64,000 nt of DNA. Source: an uncultured Gemmatimonadales bacterium (lineage in GTDB: Bacteria > Gemmatimonadota > Gemmatimonadetes > Gemmatimonadales > GWC2-71-9). The first letter of the stretch is position 1; each line of letters starts with the position of its first letter. The stretch spans positions 1,952,001 to 2,016,000 of the forward strand of contig CAVUAK010000001.1 of assembly GCA_963739455.1 (NCBI GenBank), written 5' to 3'. The position numbers were made by a program, and so were the translations under genes. The notes under the pieces were generated by a model. The model searched no databases, was not told where the DNA came from, and saw nothing but the letters and a program-made list of their open reading frames with translations. Below, piece after piece: positions 20,673 through 32,539 of the stretch.

Positions 20673-22082
20673 CGGTTTCGCGGCTCATCTTTCCCGCCAT
20701 CCGCTGGCGGGATGACAGTGGATTCGATCACGAGTGGGATTCAATCCGACAGGCGCTCGCGCTGGGTGTCGGGGGGTTTATCATCTTCGGCGGGCCGGCC
20801 GAAGCGGTACGCGCCCTGACCTCACGGCTCGAGCGAGAGGCCGGGAGGCCCCTCCTCCTCGCGGCTGACCTGGAGCGCGGTGCCGGCCAGCAATTCGACG
20901 GACTGACGCAGTTTCCCCCGCCACGCGCGCTCACGGCACTCGACCGCCTCGACGTGACCCGGTGGGCCGGCGCGGTCACCGCGCACGAGGCCCGCAGTGT
21001 GGGCATCAACTGGGTCTTCGCACCGGTTGCGGACCTCGACCTCCTGCCGGACAACCCGATCATCCAGACCCGTGCCTTTGCCGCCGATCCGGCACTCGCA
21101 GCACGCCATGTCGCCGCGTGGATCGAGGGTTGCCAGGCGGCTGGCGCACTCGCGTGCGCGAAGCACTATCCCGGTCACGCCCGCACCACAGCCGACTCAC
21201 ACATCACGCTGCCGGTGGTGTCCGCGACGCGGGAACAGCTGGAAGTGGACCAGGTCCCCTTCCGCGCTGCGATGGACGCCGGCGTGGCATCGCTCATGAC
21301 CGCACATGTGAGCTATCCCGCGCTCGATCCATCCGGCCTGCCGGCGACACTGTCCAGCGAGATCATCGGCAACCTTCGGGCGGGCGGCTTCGACGGGCTC
21401 GTGGTCAGCGATGCACTGATCATGGAAGCGGCGCTGGCCGGTCGCTCGGAAGCAGATGCGGCGGTCGCCGCGCTGGCGGCCGGGGTGGACATCCTGCTTT
21501 ACCCGAACGACACCGGGGCAGTGGCAGTGGCACTGGAGTCGGCGCTGGGGTCGGGGCGCATTGTGCCCGGGCGAGTGGACGAGGCGCTGCGCCGGTACGA
21601 GCGGGCACTGCAGCGCGCAGGCGATGCATCCGGCGCCGCTGTCGCGCGCGCCGTTCGACGGGGCGCCGGCACTCGCCGATGCGCTCGTTGCTGCGGGGGT
21701 CACACGCGCGCGCCTGTCCCAGCTGCGCACGCCGATCGAACTGGTCACGGTGGACGACGACCTGGGTGGGCCCTACGCTCCCGTCCCCAGCGACACGGTG
21801 GCTGCGACACTCGATGCGCTGGGAGTGCGTCGGGGAGATGGAGGAAGCCGAGTCGTGCTGGCCTTTGCGGAGCCACGCGCCTGGAAGGGTCGCGCGGGGT
21901 TCAGCGAGGCCTCACGCGCGGCCCTGGGAGAGTTGGTGCCGGGGAGCGACCTCGTGGTGCTCTTCGGTCATCCGCGCCTGGTGGGCGAGATTCCCGGTGA
22001 TGGCGCCGTGGTGATTGCCTGGCACCGCCAGCGGCTGATGCAGGCGGCCGTCGGACGCTGGCTCAGTGAGCGGTCGCGATGA
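20669..22082 (+). CDS. nagZ: GH3 beta-N-acetylhexosaminidase (frameshift ~21640)
   Basis: DLERG, FAPVAD, KHYPGH....DSH, MTAH, VSDAL; adjacent to anmK and murQ. Confidence 0.85.
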
Positions 22083-23278
22083 CGTCGTCCGGTGGCGGCG
22101 CCGCGCGAGAGAGGAATGGCAGGAGCGCGAAGCCGGGCAGTGCCAGCACGAAGGTGAGCAGGAAGAAGGTGGCATAGCCGACGCGCTCAGTCAGCGATCC
22201 GGCGATCGGCCCGATCAACGCGCGGGTGAAGGCCAGGAGCGCCGAGAGCAGCGCGTACTGCGAGGCCGCGAAGCGCGGCTCGCACACTGACATCAGGTAC
22301 GCCACGAATGCCGCAGTACCCATGCCCCCGGAGAAATTCTCGAACAGCGCGGCGGCGATCATCAGCCCCTTGGACGGCGGGAGCGCCGCCGCCGCCCAGT
22401 ACCCGAGGTTGGAGACGGCCTGCAGTGCCCCGAGGGACCAGAGCGCCGTGCGCATTCCCCATCGCGTGGTCAGGTAGCCCCCCAGGACGGCGCCGCTCAC
22501 CGTCGCCACCATCCTGCCGGTGGTCAGCACCACGCCGATCTCTTCCAGCGTAAATCCACGATCTACCCAGAACGGCCGCGTCATCGGGTCCATCGCCGCA
22601 TCGCCAAGCTTGAACAGCAGGGCGAATGCCACCACCCAGCCTGATTCCCGGCCGTGTCAGCAGCGAGCGCAGTGGCAGCCAGAGTGACTGGCCCGGCGGC
22701 GGTCGCACCTGGCCGGTGTTCGGCATGAGGAGCGCCGCGACCGCAAGCACGGCCGTGATGACGGTCGCCGCCGTGAACGCGGCGGGCCAGCCCTTCCGCC
22801 CCGCCAGCCAGATGATCGCGCCGCCCGAGACGAGCATCGCCGTCCGGTAGGCGCCGATACGCACCGAGTTGGCCAGCCCGAGCTGCTCGCGCGGCGTCGC
22901 CTGGATGGTGAAGGCGTCGATCGCAACATCCTGGGTGGCCGACAGGGTTACCGCGAGCACGATGAGCCCGAAGAAGACCTGCGCGTGCTGCGAGGCGTCT
23001 ACCCGCGCGATGAGCGGAATGACGAGCACCAGCAGGACCAGGCACCCGGCAATCCACTGCTTCCGCGTGCCGGTGCGATCAAGGACGGGAGCCCAGAGAA
23101 ACTTGAATGTCCAGGGAAAGGTTGCCGCGGCGACGAGTCCGACGTCCACGAGCGTGGCACCGCCGCTCCGGAGGTAGACGGGCAGTGCCTCATTGATGAG
23201 ACCGAACGGAAACCCTGAGGCGAAGGCGAGGGCCGCAATCCAGGCGAAGGGTGCTGCGGCGCGACGCTCAGCGATCAC
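22063..23278 (-). CDS. ampG: AmpG-like MFS muropeptide permease (frameshift ~22630)
   Basis: FASGFPF, PWTFKFLWAP, SATQDVAIDA, FKLGD, ASQYALLS. Confidence 0.85.
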
Positions 23279-24683
23279 CGGTACTCCCACTGAGGAACGC
23301 CGTGATCGCGGGCGCCGGGACGGCATCCAGGAGGTGCTCACTGGTAGCGGTTGCCAACAGCATGCCGATCACCGAACCGGACCGGTCAAACACCGGGCTG
23401 CCCGGGGCCAGCGTGCTGCCGAGCGGCTCGAGCTGCAGCAGCTTGTCCGTTGCAATTGTCACGGCCGCGAGGGCTGTCGCCTGCGAGGGCGCAGCCCCTG
23501 CATCCAGGCGCGTGCCAGGGTAGCCCACCAGCACGGCGGCTTGCCCGACCAATCCACTGCCCACACTGGTGGCGAGTGTCGGGGGCGTGCCCGTGCCGCT
23601 GCCCTTCGGCACCTCGAGGATGGCGACGTTGAGTGCACTGTGTGCCGCGAGCATACGGGTCCGGAGCGGATTCGTCGTGCCGGGCGCCTGCAGCGTGAGC
23701 GCGGTTGGCGGGTGTCCGGCGCTGTCGTGCATGATGTCCTGCACCGTAACGAAGACGAGCCCGCCCACGGCGCGGCGCGCGGCGAAGGCCGCAGCCATGC
23801 GGTGACTGCCGTCCTCGTACGTCGCCTCGACGACCGCCAGCGAGGCCTCATTTGCGCGGGCGATCTGCTGGGCATCGAGTGCGGCAGCGGCGGCGAGGCG
23901 CTCGAAGCTCGAGGTGAGGCGTTCGAGGCTGTCACGAAGCGGGGCAAGGACCTGGCGATCACGCGGTGCACGACGGATGCGCGAGCGCAGTCGCGCCGTC
24001 TCGGCCTTGGCGCCGTCGAGTGCGCCACTGATGCGCGCGTCGCGGTGGCCGATCGCCTCGAGGGTCGGCGAAAAGGCTGTCTGCCTGGGCCAGAAGGACT
24101 GCACGCTCGTCTACGGCGCCCTTGCTTGCGCTCGCGCGCCACATCGCCAGCCCACCAAGCGATCCCAGCACGGCAAGGACGAGCAAGCGCCACCATCCAG
24201 GGCGCGCGCTGGCGAGTCGCCGTCACCGTGGCGACGAAGCGCTTGTCGGGCTCGGTGGCACTGGCAGTGCTGAGCGGTGTCTTCGGCACGGCGGTGGTGA
24301 CCGGCTCGACCTCAGGTTCCGTCACTGGGCGGCGCCGGTGTTGCCGCAGGTCCCGCAGAAGGGCGCCAGGTGTCCTGCATCACGCCGAATCGCAGCATCG
24401 GCCCGCCGTCCCCGAGGCGGATGAGGTCCTGATCGCCGAGCTGGTGCTCTCCCGTGATGCGCACGCCGTTCACGAAGGTGCCGTTGGTGCTGGCCAGGTC
24501 GCGGAGGATCCAGTCTCCATCGCGGAAGATCACGGCGGCGTGGCGTCCCGACACCGGCAGGTCGTGATCGGGCCCGAAACGCACGTCTGCCTGGGGCGCG
24601 CGCCCAAGCATGGCGTAGCTCTTCTCGACGACGACCGCCTGGCCTGCGCGCCCGCCCGTGAGGTACGTGAACATGGCCTTCAT
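23268..24683 (-). CDS. FHA domain - TM - coiled coil - degenerate trypsin-like domain protein (several frameshifts 24100-24360)
   Basis: FHA motifs LGR, VSGRH, STNGTFVNG; TM LVLAVLGSLGGLAMW; C-terminal GYP...GSPVFD.SG.VIGM. Confidence 0.7.
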
Positions 24684-24699
24684 GCCGGAAGGGATCGCG

Positions 24700-25755
24700 T
24701 CAGCGCAGGAGGAACCACAGGGCCGCCAGCAGCACCAGGACCGCGATGCCGTATACGGCCGCGCGGTTTCCCGCCGCCGCGACCTCGGTCGCCTCGCGGA
24801 CCGCGGGGGCGGGAGGAGCCGGTGGGATCGCCGGTGCCGGCTGCGGTCGTGGCGTGAGGCTGTCGTCGGAAGACGACGATGCGCCAGGAAGCCGCAGCAC
24901 GGTGTGCTGCGGCTCTTCCTCGGTACTGCTCGGCTCGGGAAGTCCCTCCCCGAAAAAGCGCGCGGCAACCACCGTGATGTTGTCGGGGCCGCCGCGCTCG
25001 TTCGCCATCGAAATCAGCGTCTCGCACACGATGGCCAGGTCGTTCTCGCCGGCCACGACCGCTGCAATTTCGGCCTTTCGCACCAGCCCGGTCAGGCCAT
25101 CCGAGCAAACTACCAGCACGTCGCCGCGATTCAGTCTCTGGATCGAGAGCACCACCTTGACGCGTGGATCCGGGCCAAGGGCCTGGAGGATGATGTTGCG
25201 GCGCGCATTGGTCTCCGCTTCTTCCTCAGTCAGCTCGCCGGCATCCACGAGGCGCTGGGTGAACGATTGATCCTTGGTGAGCTGGAATGCGCTGCCATTA
25301 CGGATCAGGTAGGCGCGGCTGTCTCCCACCTGCGCGAGGTACAACTGGCCCTCGTGCACACCGGCCGCGGTGAGCGTGGTACCCATCCCGCGCACCTCGG
25401 GGTGCTCCGTCGCATAGCTGTGGATCTGGGTATTGGCGTACTCCACCGCTTCGCGCATGCGGAGCGCGAACTGCTCCGGGCTGTTGTCCGGGTCGTGACT
25501 CCAGACTTTCGCGAGGTGGTCGAAGATCTGCTGCGCCGCCATGGAACTGGCGATCTCGCCCGCCGCAGCCCCGCCCATGCCATCGGCAACCATGAACAGG
25601 GAGCCACGCGGACCGATTACGTGCTCGACGACGGTAAGGGAAGGCAGGACCTGCGGCGCATTGAGGTCGGCGACGAGGAACGTGTCCTCGTTGTGGTCCC
25701 GCGTGCGGCCGAGGTCGGTGCGGCCGAAAACGCTGACCCGGATGTCCTTCGACAT
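24700..25755 (-). CDS. PP2C/Stp1 Ser/Thr phosphatase with C-terminal TM anchor
   Basis: TDLGRTR.HNED, VADGMGG, VGDSRAY, CSDGL, GPDNIT. Confidence 0.93.
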   Translation of the reverse strand: MSKDIRVSVFGRTDLGRTRDHNEDTFLVADLNAPQVLPSLTVVEHVIGPRGSLFMVADGMGGAAAGEIASSMAAQQIFDHLAKVWSHDPDNSPEQFALRMREAVEYANTQIHSYATEHPEVRGMGTTLTAAGVHEGQLYLAQVGDSRAYLIRNGSAFQLTKDQSFTQRLVDAGELTEEEAETNARRNIILQALGPDPRVKVVLSIQRLNRGDVLVVCSDGLTGLVRKAEIAAVVAGENDLAIVCETLISMANERGGPDNITVVAARFFGEGLPEPSSTEEEPQHTVLRLPGASSSSDDSLTPRPQPAPAIPPAPPAPAVREATEVAAAGNRAAVYGIAVLVLLAALWFLLR

Positions 25756-25932
25756 GTCGTCCCTCACGGGGTCAGGGCGGACCGCAGGTCGCCGCCAATG
25801 CACAGTAAGTCAGGCAGCAATCTGGCAGGTCCGTTTCCGGCGGTGAAAAGGTTGGCAGAATCTAGGAATCCCGGACGCATGCGTCAACGTGGAACAATGG
25901 CGTAACTGTAATTGCACAACTACCTTGCGCCG

Positions 25933-27903
25933 ATGATCCGCCGTCGTCCGGCTCCGCTCGGCATCCTTCTCCTCGCCACAGCCTGCGCACCGAAGCCACC
26001 CGGCACAGTCCCCGTGCCTGGCGCGGGAACAGCGAGCAGCTCTGTTGCATCGCTACCAATCGCGCCTGTCACCGGTCCAACCCGCATTGTGGTGCAGTAT
26101 CCTGCGGAAGGTGGCACCATCGAGGCGCGCGATTCCACCTTCCTGCTCGGCAGCGTGGGAACGGGCGACGCCACCTTCAGCATAAACGGGCGGCCGGTAA
26201 AGGTCTGGCCCAATGGCGCCTGGCTTGCCTGGGTTCCGATTCCATTGCCTGCTGCCTTGCCGCCCGCTGGTGCCGGCTCGGACACCGTCACGTTTCGTCT
26301 CGAGGCGCGCTCGCCACGCGACTCCGCTGTGCTCGACCTGAAGGTACGCCGCGCGCTCGCCTGGCGTCCGGAGAGTGCCGGGCAGCCGTACATCGACCTG
26401 ACCTCGTTTGTCCCGACCGGCGTGGCCTGGGTTCCGGCATCGGAAGACCTTCGGCTACAGGTGCGCGGTGCACCGGGAGCGCAGGCGACGCTCGTGCTGG
26501 CCGACGGTTCCACCGTGCCGTTGACGGAGGAGCGCGGTGGTGACGACGTGCCGGTCAGCATTCGGGCCTTCGACCGGGACACCAGTAACCTGCGCGTGAG
26601 CACGAGGTCGAGTCGCTACGTCGGGATCATTCGTGGCCGGGCGTTCGGTGATTCGCTGGGACCCATGCTGGGCGTCGCCGCTCCGTCCGCCGCACCGGGT
26701 GCCTGGGCCCGCGTTCGCCTTGTGTGGCCGACGCAATCGCTCGAGGCGGTATGGCCACTTCGTGTGGCGCTGATAGACTCTACGCCCCAAGTGGTTCGCC
26801 TCGATGATGACCCCACCCACGCCGGTGGCTCCGACAGCATCACGGTCGGCCGCGCGGCCCCCGGGGCCACATACCACTGGTTCTTCCCCACTGGGACACG
26901 GAGTATCGCCGATCGACGCCAGAACAGCGACGTGCGCCTGCAACTGTCGACCGGGACACATGCCTGGGTGTCCCTCGCCGATGTGCAGGGCCTCCCCGCT
27001 GGCACCTGGCCTCCCGTGGGGCGCGTCGGGTCCCTCACGGCCAGCGTCGCCACAAATGGGACGACCGTGCGGATACCGGTTGGCGTGCGAGTGCCGTTCC
27101 AGGTCACGGAGACCGAGCGCACCGTGTCGGTCGACCTCTATGGTGCCGTGGCAGATATCGACTGGACGCGATATGCGCCGCCTGACACCCTGATCCAGCG
27201 CATTGCGTGGCGCCAGGACGGTGACATCGTGCGCATCGATGTCGACCTTGCGCGAGCGCTCTACGGATACCGCACGCGCTGGGACGGCACGGACCTCCTG
27301 CTCGAGATACGTCGTCCACCGCTGATCGATCGCGGCTCTCCCCTCAAGGGTCGGCGCATCGCCGTGGATCCGGGCCATCCGCCTGGCGGCGCGACGGGCC
27401 CCACGGGACTCCGCGAGGCCGAGGCGAATCTTGCGATCGCCCTGGAGCTACGGAAGATGCTCGAGGCCGCCGGTGCCACGGTGATCATGACCCGCACCAG
27501 TGACGTTCCACTCGACCTCGGACCCCGCGTTGCGCTCGCCGAGGCGGCCGACGCAGACGTGCTGGTGTCCATTCACAACAACGCCCTTCCCGACGGGGTG
27601 AATCCCTTCACCAACAACGGAACGTCAGTGTTCTATAACCACGGCCCCAGCCTGCCCCTCGCGCGCGCCGTCCAGCGCGGCCTGGTGCAGAATCTCGGCC
27701 TGCGCGACCTGGGCGTGGGCCGGGGCGACCTGGCGCTGGTGCGCCCGACCTGGCAACCGTCCATCCTGACCGAGGGCCTGTACATGATCGTGCCCGAACA
27801 GGAGGCGGCACTCCGTTCCAGTGAGGGACAGCGTCGGTACGCCCAGGGCGTCATCGACGGGTTGCGGTCCTGGCTGCTCGAGTACGCCCGTCACGAGATG
27901 TGA
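25933..27903 (+). CDS. N-acetylmuramoyl-L-alanine amidase (Amidase_3), lipoprotein
   Basis: ATAC lipobox; VDPGH, E..ANL, MTR, SIHNN, ILTE. Confidence 0.9.
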   Translation: MIRRRPAPLGILLLATACAPKPPGTVPVPGAGTASSSVASLPIAPVTGPTRIVVQYPAEGGTIEARDSTFLLGSVGTGDATFSINGRPVKVWPNGAWLAWVPIPLPAALPPAGAGSDTVTFRLEARSPRDSAVLDLKVRRALAWRPESAGQPYIDLTSFVPTGVAWVPASEDLRLQVRGAPGAQATLVLADGSTVPLTEERGGDDVPVSIRAFDRDTSNLRVSTRSSRYVGIIRGRAFGDSLGPMLGVAAPSAAPGAWARVRLVWPTQSLEAVWPLRVALIDSTPQVVRLDDDPTHAGGSDSITVGRAAPGATYHWFFPTGTRSIADRRQNSDVRLQLSTGTHAWVSLADVQGLPAGTWPPVGRVGSLTASVATNGTTVRIPVGVRVPFQVTETERTVSVDLYGAVADIDWTRYAPPDTLIQRIAWRQDGDIVRIDVDLARALYGYRTRWDGTDLLLEIRRPPLIDRGSPLKGRRIAVDPGHPPGGATGPTGLREAEANLAIALELRKMLEAAGATVIMTRTSDVPLDLGPRVALAEAADADVLVSIHNNALPDGVNPFTNNGTSVFYNHGPSLPLARAVQRGLVQNLGLRDLGVGRGDLALVRPTWQPSILTEGLYMIVPEQEAALRSSEGQRRYAQGVIDGLRSWLLEYARHEM

Positions 27904-27936
27904 ATCCAGCACCGCCTTGAACGTCCCTGAACCTGA

Positions 27937-30249
27937 ATGCGCCTGCCACGTTCGCTCCCGCCCGTCGCTTTCGTAGCCACCACAATCTCCCCTCGTGTGT
28001 GGCTGCGCTGCGTGCTCGCGCCGGTGCTGCTTCTGGGGTCATTCGTCGCACCGCTTTCCGCACAGGACGCTGAGCAGCGGGCCAGCCTCGAGGCCTTCCG
28101 CGACTCCGTGTCCGGGACGGTCGACTCCGTCGGCCTGGAGGGGCTCGAGGATCAGTTCATTGCCGCGGCCAAGGCCGATCGCAACGATGCGATGCGGCAC
28201 TTGCGGCTCGGGTTCCTCGCGCTGCGTCTCGGGGACCTGGGTGGCTCGGGGCACTACGATGACGCGGCGTCCGAGTTCCAGTGGGCGATCGACCTGGAGC
28301 CGAACTGGCCCTACGCCTGGTACGGCATGGGGCTCGCCGAGTACGGGATCGGGGATTCTCGCGTCACGGTCGTCGCGGGCCTCAAGACCATGTTCGGCAA
28401 GGACGCCCTGGCGCGCTCCGCAGCAGCATTTGCGAAGACCGCGGAGGTCGATCCCTCGTTCGTTCGCGGCCTGGTGGAGTTGTCGAACACCGCCCTCAAG
28501 CAACGGGTCAACATCAAGCTCGATGTTGCGCTCGCGGCGCTGCGCGCATCGGCCGGTACCTCCGCAGGGAAGAATCCCGAGGTCCTGCTGGCGCGGGGCC
28601 GGGTGGAGCGTGAGGTGGGAAGCCCGGACTCGGCGGTGGCCGCCTTCTTCCGCTATCTGCAGGGTGATGGGCCCAGGCCGATCGGCGAACTGGAGCTCTC
28701 GCGCACCCAGCTCTGGCTCGGAGTCCGCGCGGCCGATTCCGGCTACTACGCCGCTGCGGCGAGTGACGATTCCGCGGTGGTCGCCATCATCCGCAACGAC
28801 CTGTTCCCCATTGCGGCAGATACGATGCTGGCGGACTACGACAACAGGCATGGGGCGTACCGGGCGGCATGGCTGCGGCAGTTCTGGGGCCCGCGCGACG
28901 ACCTGAGCATGGGGGTCTCAGGTGACCGCCTGGTCGAGCACTATCGCCGCTGGTTCTATGCGCGGCGCAATTTCGCACTCGTGACCGTCTCGCGACACTA
29001 CGACATCGCGGAGCGCTACAAGTCCGGCAGCAAGGACTTCGACGACCGTGGCATCATCTACGTGCGGCATGGTGAGCCGACGTCCCGCGTGTCGTTCAGC
29101 GGCTCAGGCCAGCGTATCGATGACCGCGTGGAACCGAACGTCTCCTGGTTCTATGTCCGGACCGACGGGGACATGTACTTCCATTTCGTGGCCCGTGAGG
29201 ACGTCCAGGACTTCCGTCTCGTCGAAAGCCTCCTTGATGTTCTGGGTTACCGGCATGCGCTGGAACTGCAGGCAGGGGCATACGAACTCCAGAACGACCC
29301 GATGGCCAAGGACCTCCTCCTGTCGAGGCAGGACTTCGCCCCGATCTACCAGCGGATACTCAACGCATCCGGGACCGGCTTCCAGCGCGCCGTCGCCCAG
29401 GAACGTCAGCTCGGTCAATACAACCTTGCACGCGGGGTGACGAGCGACTCCCACGAGCGACACTTTCCAGACGACCTCGAGGGCGCGTGCCAGGTACTGG
29501 CCGTCGGCTCGCAGGGCGACGAGCCGCTCCTCCACATCGGGTGCGCCGTCCGGGGCAAGAGCCTCGTGCCGCGAAAAGTGCCACAGGGCCTGCTCTACAC
29601 GGTCCGGTTGCGCTTCGCTGCAGCCGACCTGAACGGCCGGATCGTCGCGAGCATCGACACGACGCGTCGGTTCGTCGCGGCACAGCCGGTCCCGGACGAC
29701 GAGTACGTGGTGGGACTGGTGACGGTGCCCGCCAAGGCGGCGGGCGTGCTCGACTATCGCATCATGCTTGCCGAGGGAGACAGCGTCGGGCACGTGTTCC
29801 CGCTTCAAGTGGTGGTGGCGCCGCCCCCGCAGTCGGCGCGGCTCACCTTGAGCGACCTGGTGATCGGCAATCGCAACCATCACCTCACCTGGCGCCCGAC
29901 GCCTGCGGACACGGTGTACCTCAATCCGCTGGGGACATTCCGCCGGAGTGAAACACTTGAGTTGTACTACGAGATTGTCGGGGCCGACCCCTACGAGACG
30001 CATACGACCACGCTCGTGGTGCGGAAGGGCAGTGGCGCGGGTGCGAGCTACATGACCGGTCTCACGGCAGCGGGGTCGGCCAAGATCACGCTGAAGTTCG
30101 AGGAGCAGGCGCCGCGTGGGGTCTGGACGGCGCAGCGCAGCGTCAGCCTGGAGAAACTCAAGCCGGGCAACTACACGCTCGAGATTGTGGTCACTGCGGC
30201 GAACGGCATGAAGGACGTGCGCCGCCGCTCGTTCCGCGTGGTCAACTAG
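27937..30249 (+). CDS. Secreted TPR + GWxTD-like domain + Ig-like protein, paralog 1
   Basis: Signal peptide, TPR helices, QFW..RD...EHYRR...DDRGIIYVRHGEP, C-terminal PGNYTLEIVVT. Confidence 0.7.
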   Translation: MRLPRSLPPVAFVATTISPRVWLRCVLAPVLLLGSFVAPLSAQDAEQRASLEAFRDSVSGTVDSVGLEGLEDQFIAAAKADRNDAMRHLRLGFLALRLGDLGGSGHYDDAASEFQWAIDLEPNWPYAWYGMGLAEYGIGDSRVTVVAGLKTMFGKDALARSAAAFAKTAEVDPSFVRGLVELSNTALKQRVNIKLDVALAALRASAGTSAGKNPEVLLARGRVEREVGSPDSAVAAFFRYLQGDGPRPIGELELSRTQLWLGVRAADSGYYAAAASDDSAVVAIIRNDLFPIAADTMLADYDNRHGAYRAAWLRQFWGPRDDLSMGVSGDRLVEHYRRWFYARRNFALVTVSRHYDIAERYKSGSKDFDDRGIIYVRHGEPTSRVSFSGSGQRIDDRVEPNVSWFYVRTDGDMYFHFVAREDVQDFRLVESLLDVLGYRHALELQAGAYELQNDPMAKDLLLSRQDFAPIYQRILNASGTGFQRAVAQERQLGQYNLARGVTSDSHERHFPDDLEGACQVLAVGSQGDEPLLHIGCAVRGKSLVPRKVPQGLLYTVRLRFAAADLNGRIVASIDTTRRFVAAQPVPDDEYVVGLVTVPAKAAGVLDYRIMLAEGDSVGHVFPLQVVVAPPPQSARLTLSDLVIGNRNHHLTWRPTPADTVYLNPLGTFRRSETLELYYEIVGADPYETHTTTLVVRKGSGAGASYMTGLTAAGSAKITLKFEEQAPRGVWTAQRSVSLEKLKPGNYTLEIVVTAANGMKDVRRRSFRVVN

Positions 30250-30259
30250 CGGCTACGGC

Positions 30260-32506
30260 ATGCGTGTTTCGGCAATCGGCGTCGTGCTCGCCATTTCCCT
30301 GGGCCTCGGTGTGCCGCTGCTGGGGCAGGCCTCGGCACCTGCCGGCGCCGAGCGCCTGGAGGCGTGGCGCACCGCGCTGGCCGCCGAGAGCGACACGATG
30401 GTGCTGCTCCGCCTCGAGCAGGAAAAGATTGCCACGGCCAAGGTCCAGCGAGACAGCGCGCTACTGCACCTCGAGCTTGGATTCCTGGCGCTGCGCATCG
30501 GGGAACTCGGGGGCCGCAGCCACTACGAGGACGCAGCCGGCGAGTTCGAGTGGGCCATCGAGCTCGAGCCGACGTGGGCCTACCCGTGGTATGGCCTGGC
30601 GCTGACCGAGGAGGACATCGGCGACTCGCCGCTCGGGGCAGTTGCTGGCGTGCAGGCCCTGCTGAGACGGGACAAGCTGAGCCGCGCGGCAGCGGCACTG
30701 CAGCACGCGCTCGAGGTTGAGCCAGGATTCGCTCCCGCCCTGATCGAACTCTCACGCGTGGCGCTTGCCCAGCGATACAATGCCAGCCTCGCGGAGGCCC
30801 TGGCCGCCCACCGCCTCGCCGCAGGCTCGCCCGCCGAGTCGCTGCCTGCGGTGCTGCTGGCCCGTGGACGCATCGAGCGCCTCGTCGGCTCACCCGACTC
30901 GGCGCTCGCGGCGTTCCACAGCTACGCCGCGGCCGGTGGCGACATCCCGCTCGCGCTGCTCGAGGAGGCACGCACCCTGTTCGTGCTCGACTCGCTGTCG
31001 GGACAGGTGCCGTACTACGCGGGCGCATCGCTGGATGATCCGGTGGCAGTCAGCGGTTACCGCGACGACCTGGCGCCCATCGCCACGGCGGCCGAGCTGG
31101 ATGCGCTGGATGCGGCGAGTGGCCCGGCCCGGGCGCAGGTGCTGCGAGAATTCTGGACCCAGCGCGACCGGCAGGACCTGCGGGAGAATGGTGAGCGGGT
31201 TCGCCAGCACTATCAGCGATTGCGGGTTGCCCGGCTGAACTACCGCCTGGCCCTCACCAAGCGTCGCTATGACACCGACGAACGGTATCGGTCAGGCAGC
31301 CTCGAGTTCGATGATCGAGGCGTGATCTACGTCCGTCACGGCGCACCGAGCGACTCGGCGGTCTACATGGGCGTCGGATCCTGCTACAACCTCAGCTGGG
31401 TGTACCGCCGGCCGGAAGGCGACCTGATCTTCCATTTCGTGGCGCGTGACGATGTGAACGACTATCGGCTGGTGCAGAGCCTGATGGACATTGCCGACGC
31501 GGGAGGGATCCAGCGCATCGGCAACACCACCTGCACTTCCAACAACCTTTCGGAACTGCTGAACACGCGCACGAGTTTCTCGCCCATTTACGACAGGATG
31601 CACACGGCCAGCGACCTGTACTACAGCCAGCTGGTGAACGAGGATCGCGCCATGGGTATCCGGTCGATCGAGGAGGGCACGACGACCGATCGCTACCCGC
31701 TCACCTACCGCTCGCGCGCTCGAGGTGCATTCGCTCGGCGTGGCCATTGGCGAGGTTGACGGCGAGCCGTTGCTGCAGGTGGCATTTGCCGTGCGGGGAG
31801 CGACGCTGCGCCCCGACGCCGGCGCGCCCGCTGGCACCTATACCCTGCGCGTCCGGCTCGTCGCGCTCGACGCGAGCGGCCGGGTGCTCGCCTCGATCGA
31901 CTCCGCCAGGGCCTACGGTGTTGGCCAGCGGGTCAGCGACGATGGCTTCCTCGTGGGGCGCGTAGCCATGCCGGTTCCGGCCGGTCAGGTGAGCTGGCGC
32001 CTTGCGATCGACCAGGGCGCGGACCGCGGTGCCGTCATCGCCCTGGACAGCGTGGTCGCAGCTCCGGTCGCGGGGGGCCTGGCGCTTGAGCGGACTTGGC
32101 CCTGGGTACGGAGAACGGCAGCGCACAATGGTCTAACTCATTGGGGGAAAAGGTCTTGATTAACCCCCTTGGTGCCTGGCGCACCGGGGAGGACCTCGAG
32201 TTGTATGCCGAAGTGTACGGTGCGGCAGCGGGCGCGCCTCTTGCTATTGAACTGGTGGCCACCCGGCGGAAGAGCGGGACGGGCTTCGTTCGAATCGGCA
32301 AGAAGGGGAGGTCGCTGACCGTGAAGAGTGACGAGCTCGCGCGTGGGCCATTGAGCCCCATCCGGAAGACGGTGTCGCTGGCGAACCTTGCGCCAGGGAA
32401 CTACGTCATCGCGCTGCGCGTCACCGATGCGGCGGGGACCGTCGTCGAGCGGCAGCGCAGCATCCTGGTGCGTCCGCCGGCCAAGCCGCTGTCCGGTTCG
32501 CCGTGA
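30260..32506 (+). CDS. Secreted TPR + GWxTD-like domain + Ig-like protein, paralog 2 (frameshifts ~31715, ~32090)
   Basis: Collinear with paralog 1 (HYEDAAGEFEWAI, DDRGVIYVRHGAP, FHFVARDDV, PGNYVIAL). Confidence 0.7.
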
Positions 32507-32539
32507 GCCCGCACAACCGCGCCGCGTAGAATCCTGCCC

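Noticed and set aside
23193..24857. Long antisense or alternative ORFs (also 793-1923, 35314-37167, 55559-56776, 61851-63671)
   Set aside because: Stop-poor shadow frames typical of high-GC DNA that overlap well-supported genes
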